In this document: positions 27,864-44,500 of the stretch, piece after piece
How positions within the stretch are numbered: the stretch's first letter is position 1
How the letters are laid out: the number at the start of each line of letters is the position of its first letter
From: Eledone cirrhosa
Lineage: Eukaryota
DNA length: 64,000 bases
Reading direction: 5' to 3'
Assembly: GCA_964016885.1 (NCBI GenBank)
Contig: OZ024754.1
Location: 19,840,001 to 19,904,000, forward strand
Made by a program: the position numbers and the translations under genes
The notes under the pieces: model-generated
What the model was told of the DNA's origin: nothing
Database searches by the model: none
The model's input: only the letters and a program-made list of their open reading frames with translations

Positions 27864-30800
27864 CTTTAGTTTCAACACAGTCTCAGATCAAGTCACTCAC
27901 CAGACATGTACAACTGTTGCTAAAATGACTCTTCCATGATATAGTTACTTTAGTTTCAACACAGTCTCAGATCAAGTCACTTGCCAGACATGTACAACTG
28001 TGGCTAAAATGACTATCCATGATATAGTTACTTTAGTTTCAACACAGACACAGATCAAGTCACTTGCCAGACATGTACAAGTGTAGCAAAAATGACTCTT
28101 CAATGATATAGTTACTTTAGTTTCAACACAATCTCAGATCATGTCATTTGCCAGGGATGTACAACTGTAACTAAAATGATTCTTCCATGATATAGTTACT
28201 TCAGTTTCAACACAATCTCAGATCAAGTCACTTGCTAGACATGTGCAACTGTGGCTAAAATGACTCTTCCATGATACAGTTACTTTAGTTTGAACACAGT
28301 CTCAGATCAAGTCACTGACCAGACATGTACAACTGTGGCTAAAATGACTCTTCCATGATATAGTTACTTTAGTTTCAACACATTCACAGATCAAGTCACT
28401 TGCCAGACATGTACAACTGTGGCTAAAATGACTATCCATGATATAGTTACCTTAATTTCAACACAGTCACAAATCAAGACACTTACCAGACATGTAAAAC
28501 TGTAGCTAAAATGAATCTTCCATGATATAGTTACTTTAGATTGCACACAGTCTTAGATCAAGTCACTTGCCAGACATGTACAACTGTGGCTAAAATAACT
28601 CTTCCATGATATAGTTACTTTAGTTTCAACACAGTCTCAGAAAAAGTCACTTGCCAGACATCTACAACTGTGGCTAAAATGACTCTTCCATGATATAGTT
28701 ACTTTAGTTTCAACACAGTCTTAGATCAAGTCACTTGCCAGACATGTACAACTGTGGCTAAAATGACTCTTCCATGATATAGTTACTTTAATTTCAACAC
28801 ATTCACAGATCAAGTCACTTGCCAGACATGTACAACTGTGGCTAAAATGACTATCCATGATATAGTTACTTTAGTTTCAACACAGTCACAGATCATGACA
28901 CTTACCAGACATGTAAAACTGTAGCTAAAATTACTCTTCCATGATATAGTTACTTTAGTTTCAACACAGTCTCAGATCAAGTCACTTACCAGACATGTAC
29001 AACTGTTGCTAAAATGACTCTTCCATGATATAGTTACTTTAGTGTCAACACAGTCTCAGATCAAGTCACTTGCCAGACATGTACAACTGTGGCTAAATTG
29101 ACTCTTCCATGATATAGTTACTTTAGTTTCAACACAGTCTCAGATCAAGTCACTTGCCAGACGTGTACAACTGTGGCTAAAATGACTCTTCCATGATATA
29201 GTTACTTTAGTTTCAACACATTCACAGATCAAGTCACTTGCCAGACATGTACAACTGTGGCTAAAATGACTATCCATGATATAGTTACTTTAGTTTCAAC
29301 ACAGACACAGATCAAGTCACTTGCCAGACATGTACAAGTGTAGCAAAAATGACTCTTCAATGATATAGTTACTTTAGTTTCAACACAATCTCAGATCATG
29401 TCACTTGCCAGGGATGTACAACTGTAACTAAAATGATTCTTCCATGATATAGTTACTTTAGTTTCAACACAATCTCAGATCAAGTCACTTGCTAGACATG
29501 TGCAACTGTGGCTAAAATGACTCTTCCATGATACAGTTACTTTAGTTTGAACACAGTCTCAGATCAAGTCACTTGCCAGACGTGTACAACTGTGGCTAAA
29601 ATGACTCTTCCATGATATAGTTACTTTAGTTTCAACACATTCACAGATCAAGTCACTTGCCAGACATGTACAACTGTGGCTAAAATGACTATCCATGATA
29701 TAGTTACTTTAGTTTCAACACAGTCACAAATCAAGACACTTACCAGACATGTAAAACTGTAGCTAAAATGAATCTTCCATGATATAGTTACTTTAGATTG
29801 AACACAGTCTTAGATCAAGTCACTTGCCAGACATGTACAACTGTGGCTAAAATAACTCTTCCATGATATAGTTACTTTAGTTTCAACACAGTCTCAGATC
29901 AAGTCACTTGCCAGACATGTACAACTGTGGCTAAAATGACTCTTCCATGATATAGTTACTTTAGTTTCAACACAATCTCAGATCAAGTCACTTACCATAC
30001 ATGTACAACCGTGGCTAGAATGACTCTTCCATGATATAGTTACTTTAGTTTCAACACAATCTCAGATCAAGTCACTTGCCAGACATGTACAACTGTGACT
30101 AAAATGACTCTTCCATGATATAGTTACTTTAGTTTCAACACAATCTCAGATCAAGTCACTTACCATACATGTACAACTGTGGCTAAAATGACTCTTCCAT
30201 GATATAGTTACTTTAGTTTCAACACAATCTATGATCAAGTCACTTACCATACATGTACAACTGTGGCTAGAATGACTCTTCCATGATATAGTTACTTTAG
30301 TTTCAACACAATCTCAGATCAAGTCACTTGCCAGACATGTACAACTGTGGCTAAAATGACTCTTCCATGATATAGTTACTTTAGTTTCAACACAGTCTCA
30401 GATCAAGTCACTTGCCAGACATGTACAACTGTGGCTAAATTGACTCTTCCATGATATAGTTACTTTAGTTTCAACACAGTCTCAGATCAAGTCACTTGCC
30501 AGACGTGTACAACTGTGGCTAAAATGACTCTTCCATGATATAGTTACTTTAGTTTCAACACATTCACAGATCAAGTCACTTGCCAGACATGTACAACTGT
30601 GGCTAAAATGACTATCCATGATATAGTTACTTTAGTTTCAACACAGACACAGATCAAGTCACTTGCCAGACATGTACAAGTGTAGCAAAAATGACTCTTC
30701 AATGATATAGTTACTTTAGTTTCAACACAATCTCAGATCATGTCACTTGCCAGGGATGTACAACTGTAACTAAAATGATTCTTCCATGATATAGTTACTT

Positions 30801-30899
30801 TAGTTTCAACACAATCTCAGATCAAGTCACTTGCTAGACATGTGCAACTGTGGCTAAAATGACTCTTCCATGATACAGTTACTTTAGTTTGAACACAGT

Positions 30900-33800
30900 C
30901 TCAGATCAAGTCACTTGCCAGACGTGTACAACTGTGGCTAAAATGACTCTTCCATGATATAGTTACTTTAGTTTCAACACATTCACAGATCAAGTCACTT
31001 GCCAGACATGTACAACTGTGGCTAAAATGACTATCCATGATATAGTTACTTTAGTTTCAACACAGTCACAAATCAAGACACTTACCAGACATGTAAAACT
31101 GTAGCTAAAATGAATCTTCCATGATATAGTTACTTTAGATTGAACACAGTCTTAGATCAAGTCACTTGCCAGACATGTACAACTGTGGCTAAAATAACTG
31201 TTCCATGATATAGTTACTTTAGTTTCAACACAGTCTCAGATCAAGTCACTTGCCAGACATGTACAACTGTGGCTAAAATGACTCTTCCATGATATAGTTA
31301 CTTTAGTTTCAACACAATCTCAGATCAAGTCACTTCCCATACATGTACAACTGTGGCTAGAATGACTCTTCCATGATATAGTTACTTTAGTTTCAACACA
31401 ATCTCAGATCAAGTCACTTGCCAGACATGTACATCTGTGGCTAAAATGACTCTTCCATGATATAGTTACTTTAGTTTCAACACAATCTTAGATCAAGTCA
31501 CTTGCCAGACATGTACAACTGTGGCTAAAATGACTCTTCCATGATATAGTTACATTAGTTTCAACACAATCTCAGATCAAGTCACTTACCATACATGTAC
31601 AACTGTGGCTAGAATGACTCTTCCATGATATAGTTACTTTAGTTTGAACACAGTCTTAGATCAAGTCACTTATCAGACATGTACAACTATGGCTAAAATG
31701 ACTCTTCCATGATATAGTTACTTTAGTTTCAACACATTCACAGATCAAGTCACTTGCCAGACATGTACAACTGTGGCTAAAATGACTATCCATGATATAG
31801 TTACTTTAGTTTCAACACAGACACAGATCAAGTCACTTGCCAGACATGTACAAGTGTAGCAAAAATGACTCTTCAATGATATAGTTACTTTAGTTTCAAC
31901 ACAATCTCAGATCATGTCACTTGCCAGGGATGTACAACCGTAACTAAAATGATTCTTCCATGATATAGTTACTTTAGTTTCAACACAATCTCAGATCAAC
32001 TCACTTGCTAGACATGTGCAACTGTGGCTAAAATGACTCTTCCATGATACAGTTACTTTAGTTTGAACACAGTCTCAGATCAAGTCACTGACCAGACATG
32101 TACAACTGTGGCTAAAATGACTCTTCCATGATATAGTTACTTTAGTTTCAACACATTCACAGATCAAGTCACTTGCCAGACATGTACAACTGTGGCTAAA
32201 ATGACTATCCATGATATAGTTACCTTAGTTTCAACACAGTCACAAATCAAGACACTTACCAGACATGTAAAACTGTAGCTAAAATGAATCTTCCATGATA
32301 TAGTTACTTTAGATTGAACACAGTCTTAGATCAAGTCACTTGCCAGACATGTACAACTGTGGCTAAAATAACTCTTCCATGATATAGTTACTTTAGTTTC
32401 AACACAGTCTCAGAAAAAGTCACTTGCCAGACATCTACAACTGTGGCTAAAATGACTCTTCCATGATATAGTAACTTTAGTTTCAACACAGTCTCAGATC
32501 AAGTCACTTGCCAGACATGTACAACTGTGGCTAAAATGACTCTTCCATGATATAGTTACTTTAGTTTCAACACAATCTCAGATCAAGTCACTTACCATAC
32601 ATGTACAACTGTGGCTAGAATGACTCTTCCATGATATAGTTACTTTAGTTTCAACACAATCTCAGATCAAGTCACTTGCCAGACATGTACAACTGTGGCT
32701 AAAATGACTCTTCCATGATATAGTTACTTTAGTTTCAACACAATCTCAGATCAAGTCACTTACCATACATGTACAACTGTGGCTAAAATGACTATTCCAT
32801 GATATAGTTACTTTAGTTTCAACACAATCTCAGATCAAGTCACTTGCCAGACATGTACAACTGTGGCTAAAATGACTCTTCCATGATATAGTTACTTTAG
32901 TTTCAACACAATCTCAGATCAAGTCACTTCCCATACATGTACAACTGTGGCTAGAATGACTCTTCCATGATATAGTTACTTTAGTTTCAACACAATCTCA
33001 GATCAAGTCACTTACCATACATGTACAACTGTGGCTAGAATGACTCTTCCATGATATAGTTACTTTAGTTTGAACACAGTCTTAGATCAAGTCACTTATC
33101 AGACATGTACAACTGTGGCTAAAATGACTCTTCCATGATATAGTTACTTTAGTTTCAACACAATCTCAGATCAAGTCACTTACCATACATGTACAACTGT
33201 GGCTAGAATGACTCTTCCATGATATAGTTACTTTAGTTTCAACACAATCTCAGATCAAGTCACTTACCATACATGTACAACTGTGGCTAGAATGACTCTT
33301 CCATGATATAGTTACTTTAGTTTGAACACAGTCTTAGATCAAGTCACTTATCAGACATGTACAACTGTGGCTAAAATGACTCTTCCATGATATAGTTACT
33401 TTAGTTTCAACACAGTCTCAGATCAAGTCACTTGCCAGACATGTACAACTGTGGCTAAATTGACTCTTCCATGATATAGTTACTTTAGTTTCAACACAGT
33501 CTCAGATCAAGTCACTTGCCAGACATGTACAACTGTGGCTAAAATGACTCTTCCATGATATAGTTACTTTAGTTTCAACACATTCACAGATCAAGTCACT
33601 TGCCAGACATGTACAACTGTGGCTAAAATGACTATCCATGATATAGTTACTTTAGTTTCAACACAGACACAGATCAAGTCACTTGTCAGACATGTACAAG
33701 TGTAGCAAAAATGACTCTTCAATGATATAGTCACTTTAGTTTCAACACAATCTCAGATCATGTCACTTGCCAGGGATGTACAACTGTAACTAAAATGATT

Positions 33801-36800
33801 CTTCCATGATATAGTTACTTTAGTTTCAACACAATCTCAGATCAAGTCACTTGCTAGACATGTGCAACTGTGGCTAAAATGACTCTTCCATGATACAGTT
33901 ACTTTAGTTTGAACACAGTCTCAGATCAAGTCACTTGCCAGACGTGTACAACTGTGGCTAAAATGACTCTTCCATGATATAGTTACTTTAGTTTCAACAC
34001 ATTCACAGATCAAGTCACTTGCCAGACATGTACAACTGTGGCTAAAATGACTATCCATGATATAGTTACTTTAGTTTCAACACAGTCACAAATCAAGACA
34101 CTTACCAGACATGTAAAACTGTAGCTAAAATGAATCTTCCATGATATAGTTACTTTAGATTGAACACAGTCTTAGATCAAGTCACTTGCCAGACATGTAC
34201 AACTGTGGCTAAAATAACTGTTCCATGATATAGTTACTTTAGTTTCAACACAGTCTCAGATCAAGTCACTTGCCAGACATGTACAACTGTGGCTAAAATG
34301 ACTCTTCCATGATATAGTTACTTTAGTTTCAACACAATCTCAGATCAAGTCACTTCCCATACATGTACAACTGTGGCTAGAATGACTCTTCCATGATATA
34401 GTTACTTTAGTTTCAACACAATCTCAGATCAAGTCACTTGCCAGACATGTACATCTGTGGCTAAAATGACTCTTCCATGATATAGTTACTTTAGTTTCAA
34501 CACAATCTTAGATCAAGTCACTTGCCAGACATGTACAACTGTGGCTAAAATGACTCTTCCATGATATAGTTACATTAGTTTCAACACAATCTCAGATCAA
34601 GTCACTTACCATACATGTACAACTGTGGCTAGAATGACTCTTCCATGATATAGTTACTTTAGTTTGAACACAGTCTTAGATCAAGTCACTTATCAGACAT
34701 GTACAACTATGGCTAAAATGACTCTTCCATGATATAGTTACTTTAGTTTCAACACATTCACAGATCAAGTCACTTGCCAGACATGTACAACTGTGGCTAA
34801 AATGACTATCCATGATATAGTTACTTTAGTTTCAACACAGACACAGATCAAGTCACTTGCCAGACATGTACAAGTGTAGCAAAAATGACTCTTCAATGAT
34901 ATAGTTACTTTAGTTTCAACACAATCTCAGATCAACTCACTTGCTAGACATGTGCAACTGTGGCTAAAATGACTCTTCCATGATACAGTTACTTTAGTTT
35001 GAACACAGTCTCAGATCAAGTCACTGACCAGACATGTACAACTGTGGCTAAAATGACTCTTCCATGATATAGTTACTTTAGTTTCAACACATTCACAGAT
35101 CAAGTCACTTGCCAGACATGTACAACTGTGGCTAAAATGACTATCCATGATATAGTTACCTTAGTTTCAACACAGTCACAAATCAAGACACTTACCAGAC
35201 ATGTAAAACTGTAGCTAAAATGAATCTTCCATGATATAGTTACTTTAGATTGAACACCGTCTTAGATCAAGTCACTTGCCAGACATGTACAACTGTGGCT
35301 AAAATAACTCTTCCATGATATAGTTACTTTAGTTTCAACACAGTCTCAGAAAAAGTCACTTGCCAGACATCTACAACTGTGGCTAAAATGACTCTTCCAT
35401 GATATAGTAACTTTAGTTTCAACACAGTCTCAGATCAAGTCACTTGCCAGACATGTACAACTGTGGCTAAAATGACTCTTCCATGATATAGTTACTTTAG
35501 TTTCAACACAATCTCAGATCAAGTCACTTACCATACATGTACAACTGTGGCTAGAATGACTCTTCCATGATATAGTTACTTTAGTTTCAACACAATCTCA
35601 GATCAAGTCACTTGCCAGACATGTACAACTGTGGCTAAAATGACTCTTCCATGATATAGTTACTTTAGTTTCAACACAATCTCAGATCAAGTCACTTACC
35701 ATACATGTACAACTGTGGCTAAAATGACTATTCCATGATATAGTTACTTTAGTTTCAACACAATCTCAGATCAAGTCACTTGCCAGACATGTACAACTGT
35801 GGCTAAAATGACTCTTCCATGATATAGTTACTTTAGTTTCAACACAATCTCAGATCAAGTCACTTCCCATACATGTACAACTGTGGCTAGAATGACTCTT
35901 CCATGATATAGTTACTTTAGTTTCAACACAATCTCAGATCAAGTCACTTACCATACATGTACAACTGTGGCTAGAATGACTCTTCCATGATATAGTTACT
36001 TTAGTTTGAACACAGTCTTAGATCAAGTCACTTATCAGACATGTACAACTGTGGCTAAAATGACTCTTCCATGATATAGTTACTTTAGTTTCAACACAGT
36101 CTCAGATCAAGTCACTTGCCAGACATGTACAACTGTGGCTAAATTGACTCTTCCATGATATAGTTACTTTAGTTTCAACACAGTCTCAGATCAAGTCACT
36201 TGCCAGACGTGTACAACTGTGGCTAAAATGACTCTTCCATGATATAGTTACTTTAGTTTCAACACATTCACAGATCAAGTCACTTGCCAGACATGTACAA
36301 CTGTGGCTAAAATGACTATCCATGATATAGTTACTTTAGTTTCAACACAGACACAGATCAAGTCACTTGCCAGACATGTACAAGTGTAGCAAAAATGACT
36401 CTTCAATGATATAGTTACTTTAGTTTCAACACAATCTCAGATCATGTCACTTGCCAGGGATGTACAACTGTAACTAAAATGATTCTTCCATGATATAGTT
36501 ACTTTAGTTTCAACACAATCTCAGATCAAGTCACTTGCTAGACATGTGCAACTGTGGCTAAAATGACTCTTCCATGATACAGTTACTTTAGTTTGAACAC
36601 AGTCTCAGATCAAGTCACTTGCCAGACGTGTACAACTGTGGCTAAAATGACTCTTCCATGATATAGTTACTTTAGTTTCAACACATTCACAGATCAAGTC
36701 ACTTGCCAGACATGTACAACTGTGGCTAAAATGACTATCCATGATATAGTTACTTTAGTTTCAACACAGTCACAAATCAAGACACTTACCAGACATGTAA

Positions 36801-39800
36801 AACTGTAGCTAAAATGAATCTTCCATGATATAGTTACTTTAGATTGAACACAGTCTTAGATCAAGTCACTTGCCAGACATGTACAACTGTGGCTAAAATA
36901 ACTGTTCCATGATATAGTTACTTTAGTTTCAACACAGTCTCAGATCAAGTCACTTGCCAGACATGTACAACTGTGGCTAAAATGACTCTTCCATGATATA
37001 GTTACATTAGTTTCAACACAATCTCAGATCAAGTCACTTACCATACATGTACAACTGTGGCTAGAATGACTCTTCCATGATATAGTTACTTTAGTTTGAA
37101 CACAGTCTTAGATCAAGTCACTTATCAGACATGTACAACTATGGCTAAAATGACTCTTCCATGATATAGTTACTTTAGTTTCAACACATTCACAGATCAA
37201 GTCACTTGCCAGACATGTACAACTGTGGCTAAAATGACTATCCATGATATAGTTACTTTAGTTTCAACACAGACACAGATCAAGTCACTTGCCAGACATG
37301 TACAAGTGTAGCAAAAATGACTCTTCAATGATATAGTTACTTTAGTTTCAACACAATCTCAGATCATGTCACTTGCCAGGGATGTACAACCGTAACTAAA
37401 ATGATTCTTCCATGATATAGTTACTTTAGTTTCAACACAATCTCAGATCAACTCACTTGCTAGACATGTGCAACTGTGGCTAAAATGACTCTTCCATGAT
37501 ACAGTTACTTTAGTTTGAACACAGTCTCAGATCAAGTCACTGACCAGACATGTACAACTGTGGCTAAAATGACTCTTCCATGATATAGTTACTTTAGTTT
37601 CAACACATTCACAGATCAAGTCACTTGCCAGACATGTACAACTGTGGCTAAAATGACTATCCATGATATAGTTACCTTAGTTTCAACACAGTCACAAATC
37701 AAGACACTTACCAGACATGTAAAACTGTAGCTAAAATGAATCTTCCATGATATAGTTACTTTAGATTGAACACAGTCTTAGATCAAGTCACTTGCCAGAC
37801 ATGTACAACTGTGGCTAAAATAACTCTTCCATGATATAGTTACTTTAGTTTCAACACAGTCTCAGAAAAAGTCACTTGCCAGACATCTACAACTGTGGCT
37901 AAAATGACTCTTCCATGATATAGTAACTTTAGTTTCAACACAGTCTCAGATCAAGTCACTTGCCAGACATGTACAACTGTGGCTAAAATGACTCTTCCAT
38001 GATATAGTTACTTTAGTTTCAACACAATCTCAGATCAAGTCACTTACCATACATGTACAACTGTGGCTAGAATGACTCTTCCATGATATAGTTACTTTAG
38101 TTTCAACACAATCTCAGATCAAGTCACTTGCCAGACATGTACAACTGTGGCTAAAATGACTCTTCCATGATATAGTTACTTTAGTTTCAACACAATCTCA
38201 GATCAAGTCACTTACCATACATGTACAACTGTGGCTAAAATGACTATTCCATGATATAGTTACTTTAGTTTCAACACAATCTCAGATCAAGTCACTTGCC
38301 AGACATGTACAACTGTGGCTAAAATGACTCTTCCATGATATAGTTACTTTAGTTTCAACACAATCTCAGATCAAGTCACTTCCCATACATGTACAACTGT
38401 GGCTAGAATGACTCTTCCATGATATAGTTACTTTAGTTTCAACACAATCTCAGATCAAGTCACTTACCATACATGTACAACTGTGGCTAGAATGACTCTT
38501 CCATGATATAGTTACTTTAGTTTGAACACAGTCTTAGATCAAGTCACTTATCAGACATGTACAACTGTGGCTAAAATGACTCTTCCATGATATAGTTACT
38601 TTAGTTTCAACACAATCTCAGATCAAGTCACTTACCATACATGTACAACTGTGGCTAGAATGACTCTTCCATGATATAGTTACTTTAGTTTCAACACAAT
38701 CTCAGATCAAGTCACTTACCATACATGTACAACTGTGGCTAGAATGACTCTTCCATGATATAGTTACTTTAGTTTGAACACAGTCTTAGATCAAGTCACT
38801 TATCAGACATGTACAACTGTGGCTAAAATGACTCTTCCATGATATAGTTACTTTAGTTTCAACACAGTCTCAGATCAAGTCACTTGCCAGACATGTACAA
38901 CTGTGGCTAAATTGACTCTTCCATGATATAGTTACTTTAGTTTCAACACAGTCTCAGATCAAGTCACTTGCCAGACATGTACAACTGTGGCTAAAATGAC
39001 TCTTCCATGATATAGTTACTTTAGTTTCAACACATTCACAGATCAAGTCACTTGCCAGACATGTACAACTGTGGCTAAAATGACTATCCATGATATAGTT
39101 ACTTTAGTTTCAACACAGACACAGATCAAGTCACTTGCCAGACATGTACAAGTGTAGCAAAAATGACTCTTCAATGATATAGTCACTTTAGTTTCAACAC
39201 AATCTCAGATCATGTCACTTGCCAGGGATGTACAACTGTAACTAAAATGATTCTTCCATGATATAGTTACTTTAGTTTCAACACAATCTCAGATCAAGTC
39301 ACTTGCTAGACATGTGCAACTGTGGCTAAAATGACTCTTCCATGATACAGTTACTTTAGTTTGAACACAGTCTCAGATCAAGTCACTTGCCAGACGTGTA
39401 CAACTGTGGCTAAAATGACTCTTCCATGATATAGTTACTTTAGTTTCAACACATTCACAGATCAAGTCACTTGCCAGACATGTACAACTGTGGCTAAAAT
39501 GACTATCCATGATATAGTTACTTTAGTTTCAACACAGTCACAAATCAAGACACTTACCAGACATGTAAAACTGTAGCTAAAATGAATCTTCCATGATATA
39601 GTTACTTTAGATTGAACACAGTCTTAGATCAAGTCACTTGCCAGACATGTACAACTGTGGCTAAAATAACTGTTCCATGATATAGTTACTTTAGTTTCAA
39701 CACAGTCTCAGATCAAGTCACTTGCCAGACATGTACAACTGTGGCTAAAATGACTCTTCCATGATATAGTTACTTTAGTTTCAACACAATCTCAGATCAA

Positions 39801-42800
39801 GTCACTTCCCATACATGTACAACTGTGGCTAGAATGACTCTTCCATGATATAGTTACTTTAGTTTCAACACAATCTCAGATCAAGTCACTTGCCAGACAT
39901 GTACATCTGTGGCTAAAATGACTCTTCCATGATATAGTTACTTTAGTTTCAACACAATCTTAGATCAAGTCACTTGCCAGACATGTACAACTGTGGCTAA
40001 AATGACTCTTCCATGATATAGTTACATTAGTTTCAACACAATCTCAGATCAAGTCACTTACCATACATGTACAACTGTGGCTAGAATGACTCTTCCATGA
40101 TATAGTTACTTTAGTTTGAACACAGTCTTAGATCAAGTCACTTATCAGACATGTACAACTATGGCTAAAATGACTCTTCCATGATATAGTTACTTTAGTT
40201 TCAACACATTCACAGATCAAGTCACTTGCCAGACATGTACAACTGTGGCTAAAATGACTATCCATGATATAGTTACTTTAGTTTCAACACAGACACAGAT
40301 CAAGTCACTTGCCAGACATGTACAAGTGTAGCAAAAATGACTCTTCAATGATATAGTTACTTTAGTTTCAACACAATCTCAGATCATGTCACTTGCCAGG
40401 GATGTACAACCGTAACTAAAATGATTCTTCCATGATATAGTTACTTTAGTTTCAACACAATCTCAGATCAACTCACTTGCTAGACATGTGCAACTGTGGC
40501 TAAAATGACTCTTCCATGATACAGTTACTTTAGTTTGAACACAGTCTCAGATCAAGTCACTGACCAGACATGTACAACTGTGGCTAAAATGACTCTTCCA
40601 TGATATAGTTACTTTAGTTTCAACACATTCACAGATCAAGTCACTTGCCAGACATGTACAACTGTGGCTAAAATGACTATCCATGATATAGTTACCTTAG
40701 TTTCAACACAGTCACAAATCAAGACACTTACCAGACATGTAAAACTGTAGCTAAAATGAATCTTCCATGATATAGTTACTTTAGATTGAACACAGTCTTA
40801 GATCAAGTCACTTGCCAGACATGTACAACTGTGGCTAAAATAACTCTTCCATGATATAGTTACTTTAGTTTCAACACAGTCTCAGAAAAAGTCACTTGCC
40901 AGACATCTACAACTGTGGCTAAAATGACTCTTCCATGATATAGTAACTTTAGTTTCAACACAGTCTCAGATCAAGTCACTTGCCAGACATGTACAACTGT
41001 GGCTAAAATGACTCTTCCATGATATAGTTACTTTAGTTTCAACACAATCTCAGATCAAGTCACTTACCATACATGTACAACTGTGGCTAGAATGACTCTT
41101 CCATGATATAGTTACTTTAGTTTCAACACAATCTCAGATCAAGTCACTTGCCAGACATGTACAACTGTGGCTAAAATGACTCTTCCATGATATAGTTACT
41201 TTAGTTTCAACACAATCTCAGATCAAGTCACTTACCATACATGTACAACTGTGGCTAAAATGACTATTCCATGATATAGTTACTTTAGTTTCAACACAAT
41301 CTCAGATCAAGTCACTTGCCAGACATGTACAACTGTGGCTAAAATGACTCTTCCATGATATAGTTACTTTAGTTTCAACACAATCTCAGATCAAGTCACT
41401 TCCCATACATGTACAACTGTGGCTAGAATGACTCTTCCATGATATAGTTACTTTAGTTTCAACACAATCTCAGATCAAGTCACTTACCATACATGTACAA
41501 CTGTGGCTAGAATGACTCTTCCATGATATAGTTACTTTAGTTTGAACACAGTCTTAGATCAAGTCACTTATCAGACATGTACAACTGTGGCTAAAATGAC
41601 TCTTCCATGATATAGTTACTTTAGTTTCAACACAGTCTCAGATCAAGTCACTTGCCAGACATGTACAACTGTGGCTAAATTGACTCTTCCATGATATAGT
41701 TACTTTAGTTTCAACACAGTCTCAGATCAAGTCACTTGCCAGACGTGTACAACTGTGGCTAAAATGACTCTTCCATGATATAGTTACTTTAGTTTCAACA
41801 CATTCACAGATCAAGTCACTTGCCAGACATGTACAACTGTGGCTAAAATGACTATCCATGATATAGTTACTTTAGTTTCAACACAGACACAGATCAAGTC
41901 ACTTGCCAGACATGTACAAGTGTAGCAAAAATGACTCTTCAATGATATAGTTACTTTAGTTTCAACACAATCTCAGATCATGTCACTTGCCAGGGATGTA
42001 CAACTGTAACTAAAATGATTCTTCCATGATATAGTTACTTTAGTTTCAACACAATCTCAGATCAAGTCACTTGCTAGACATGTGCAACTGTGGCTAAAAT
42101 GACTCTTCCATGATACAGTTACTTTAGTTTGAACACAGTCTCAGATCAAGTCACTTGCCAGACGTGTACAACTGTGGCTAAAATGACTCTTCCATGATAT
42201 AGTTACTTTAGTTTCAACACATTCACAGATCAAGTCACTTGCCAGACATGTACAACTGTGGCTAAAATGACTATCCATGATATAGTTACTTTAGTTTCAA
42301 CACAGTCACAAATCAAGACACTTACCAGACATGTAAAACTGTAGCTAAAATGAATCTTCCATGATATAGTTACTTTAGATTGAACACAGTCTTAGATCAA
42401 GTCACTTGCCAGACATGTACAACTGTGGCTAAAATAACTGTTCCATGATATAGTTACTTTAGTTTCAACACAGTCTCAGATCAAGTCACTTGCCAGACAT
42501 GTACAACTGTGGCTAAAATGACTCTTCCATGATATAGTTACATTAGTTTCAACACAATCTCAGATCAAGTCACTTACCATACATGTACAACTGTGGCTAG
42601 AATGACTCTTCCATGATATAGTTACTTTAGTTTGAACACAGTCTTAGATCAAGTCACTTATCAGACATGTACAACTATGGCTAAAATGACTCTTCCATGA
42701 TATAGTTACTTTAGTTTCAACACATTCACAGATCAAGTCACTTGCCAGACATGTACAACTGTGGCTAAAATGACTATCCATGATATAGTTACTTTAGTTT

Positions 42801-44500
42801 CAACACAGACACAGATCAAGTCACTTGCCAGACATGTACAAGTGTAGCAAAAATGACTCTTCAATGATATAGTTACTTTAGTTTCAACACAATCTCAGAT
42901 CATGTCACTTGCCAGGGATGTACAACCGTAACTAAAATGATTCTTCCATGATATAGTTACTTTAGTTTCAACACAATCTCAGATCAACTCACTTGCTAGA
43001 CATGTGCAACTGTGGCTAAAATGACTCTTCCATGATACAGTTACTTTAGTTTGAACACAGTCTCAGATCAAGTCACTGACCAGACATGTACAACTGTGGC
43101 TAAAATGACTCTTCCATGATATAGTTACTTTAGTTTCAACACATTCACAGATCAAGTCACTTGCCAGACATGTACAACTGTGGCTAAAATGACTATCCAT
43201 GATATAGTTACCTTAGTTTCAACACAGTCACAAATCAAGACACTTACCAGACATGTAAAACTGTAGCTAAAATGAATCTTCCATGATATAGTTACTTTAG
43301 ATTGAACACAGTCTTAGATCAAGTCACTTGCCAGACATGTACAACTGTGGCTAAAATAACTCTTCCATGATATAGTTACTTTAGTTTCAACACAGTCTCA
43401 GAAAAAGTCACTTGCCAGACATCTACAACTGTGGCTAAAATGACTCTTCCATGATATAGTAACTTTAGTTTCAACACAGTCTCAGATCAAGTCACTTGCC
43501 AGACATGTACAACTGTGGCTAAAATGACTCTTCCATGATATAGTTACTTTAGTTTCAACACAATCTCAGATCAAGTCACTTACCATACATGTACAACTGT
43601 GGCTAGAATGACTCTTCCATGATATAGTTACTTTAGTTTCAACACAATCTCAGATCAAGTCACTTGCCAGACATGTACAACTGTGGCTAAAATGACTCTT
43701 CCATGATATAGTTACTTTAGTTTCAACACAATCTCAGATCAAGTCACTTACCATACATGTACAACTGTGGCTAAAATGACTATTCCATGATATAGTTACT
43801 TTAGTTTCAACACAATCTCAGATCAAGTCACTTGCCAGACATGTACAACTGTGGCTAAAATGACTCTTCCATGATATAGTTACTTTAGTTTCAACACAAT
43901 CTCAGATCAAGTCACTTCCCATACATGTACAACTGTGGCTAGAATGACTCTTCCATGATATAGTTACTTTAGTTTCAACACAATCTCAGATCAAGTCACT
44001 TACCATACATGTACAACTGTGGCTAGAATGACTCTTCCATGATATAGTTACTTTAGTTTGAACACAGTCTTAGATCAAGTCACTTATCAGACATGTACAA
44101 CTGTGGCTAAAATGACTCTTCCATGATATAGTTACTTTAGTTTCAACACAGTCTCAGATCAAGTCACTTGCCAGACATGTACAACTGTGGCTAAATTGAC
44201 TCTTCCATGATATAGTTACTTTAGTTTCAACACAGTCTCAGATCAAGTCACTTGCCAGACGTGTACAACTGTGGCTAAAATGACTCTTCCATGATATAGT
44301 TACTTTAGTTTCAACACATTCACAGATCAAGTCACTTGCCAGACATGTACAACTGTGGCTAAAATGACTATCCATGATATAGTTACTTTAGTTTCAACAC
44401 AGACACAGATCAAGTCACTTGCCAGACATGTACAAGTGTAGCAAAAATGACTCTTCAATGATATAGTTACTTTAGTTTCAACACAATCTCAGATCAACTC
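30900..44500. repeat. Nested HOR: alternating 35/36-mer and 30-mer forming a ~5.5-kb (65-66 monomer) super-unit, about 2.4 copies
   Basis: CAGAAAAAG marker intervals are 2936, 2516, 3020, 2516 bp. The private TAGTCACTTTAG variant at 33732 and 39184 is 5452 bp apart (65x84-8). Confidence 0.88.
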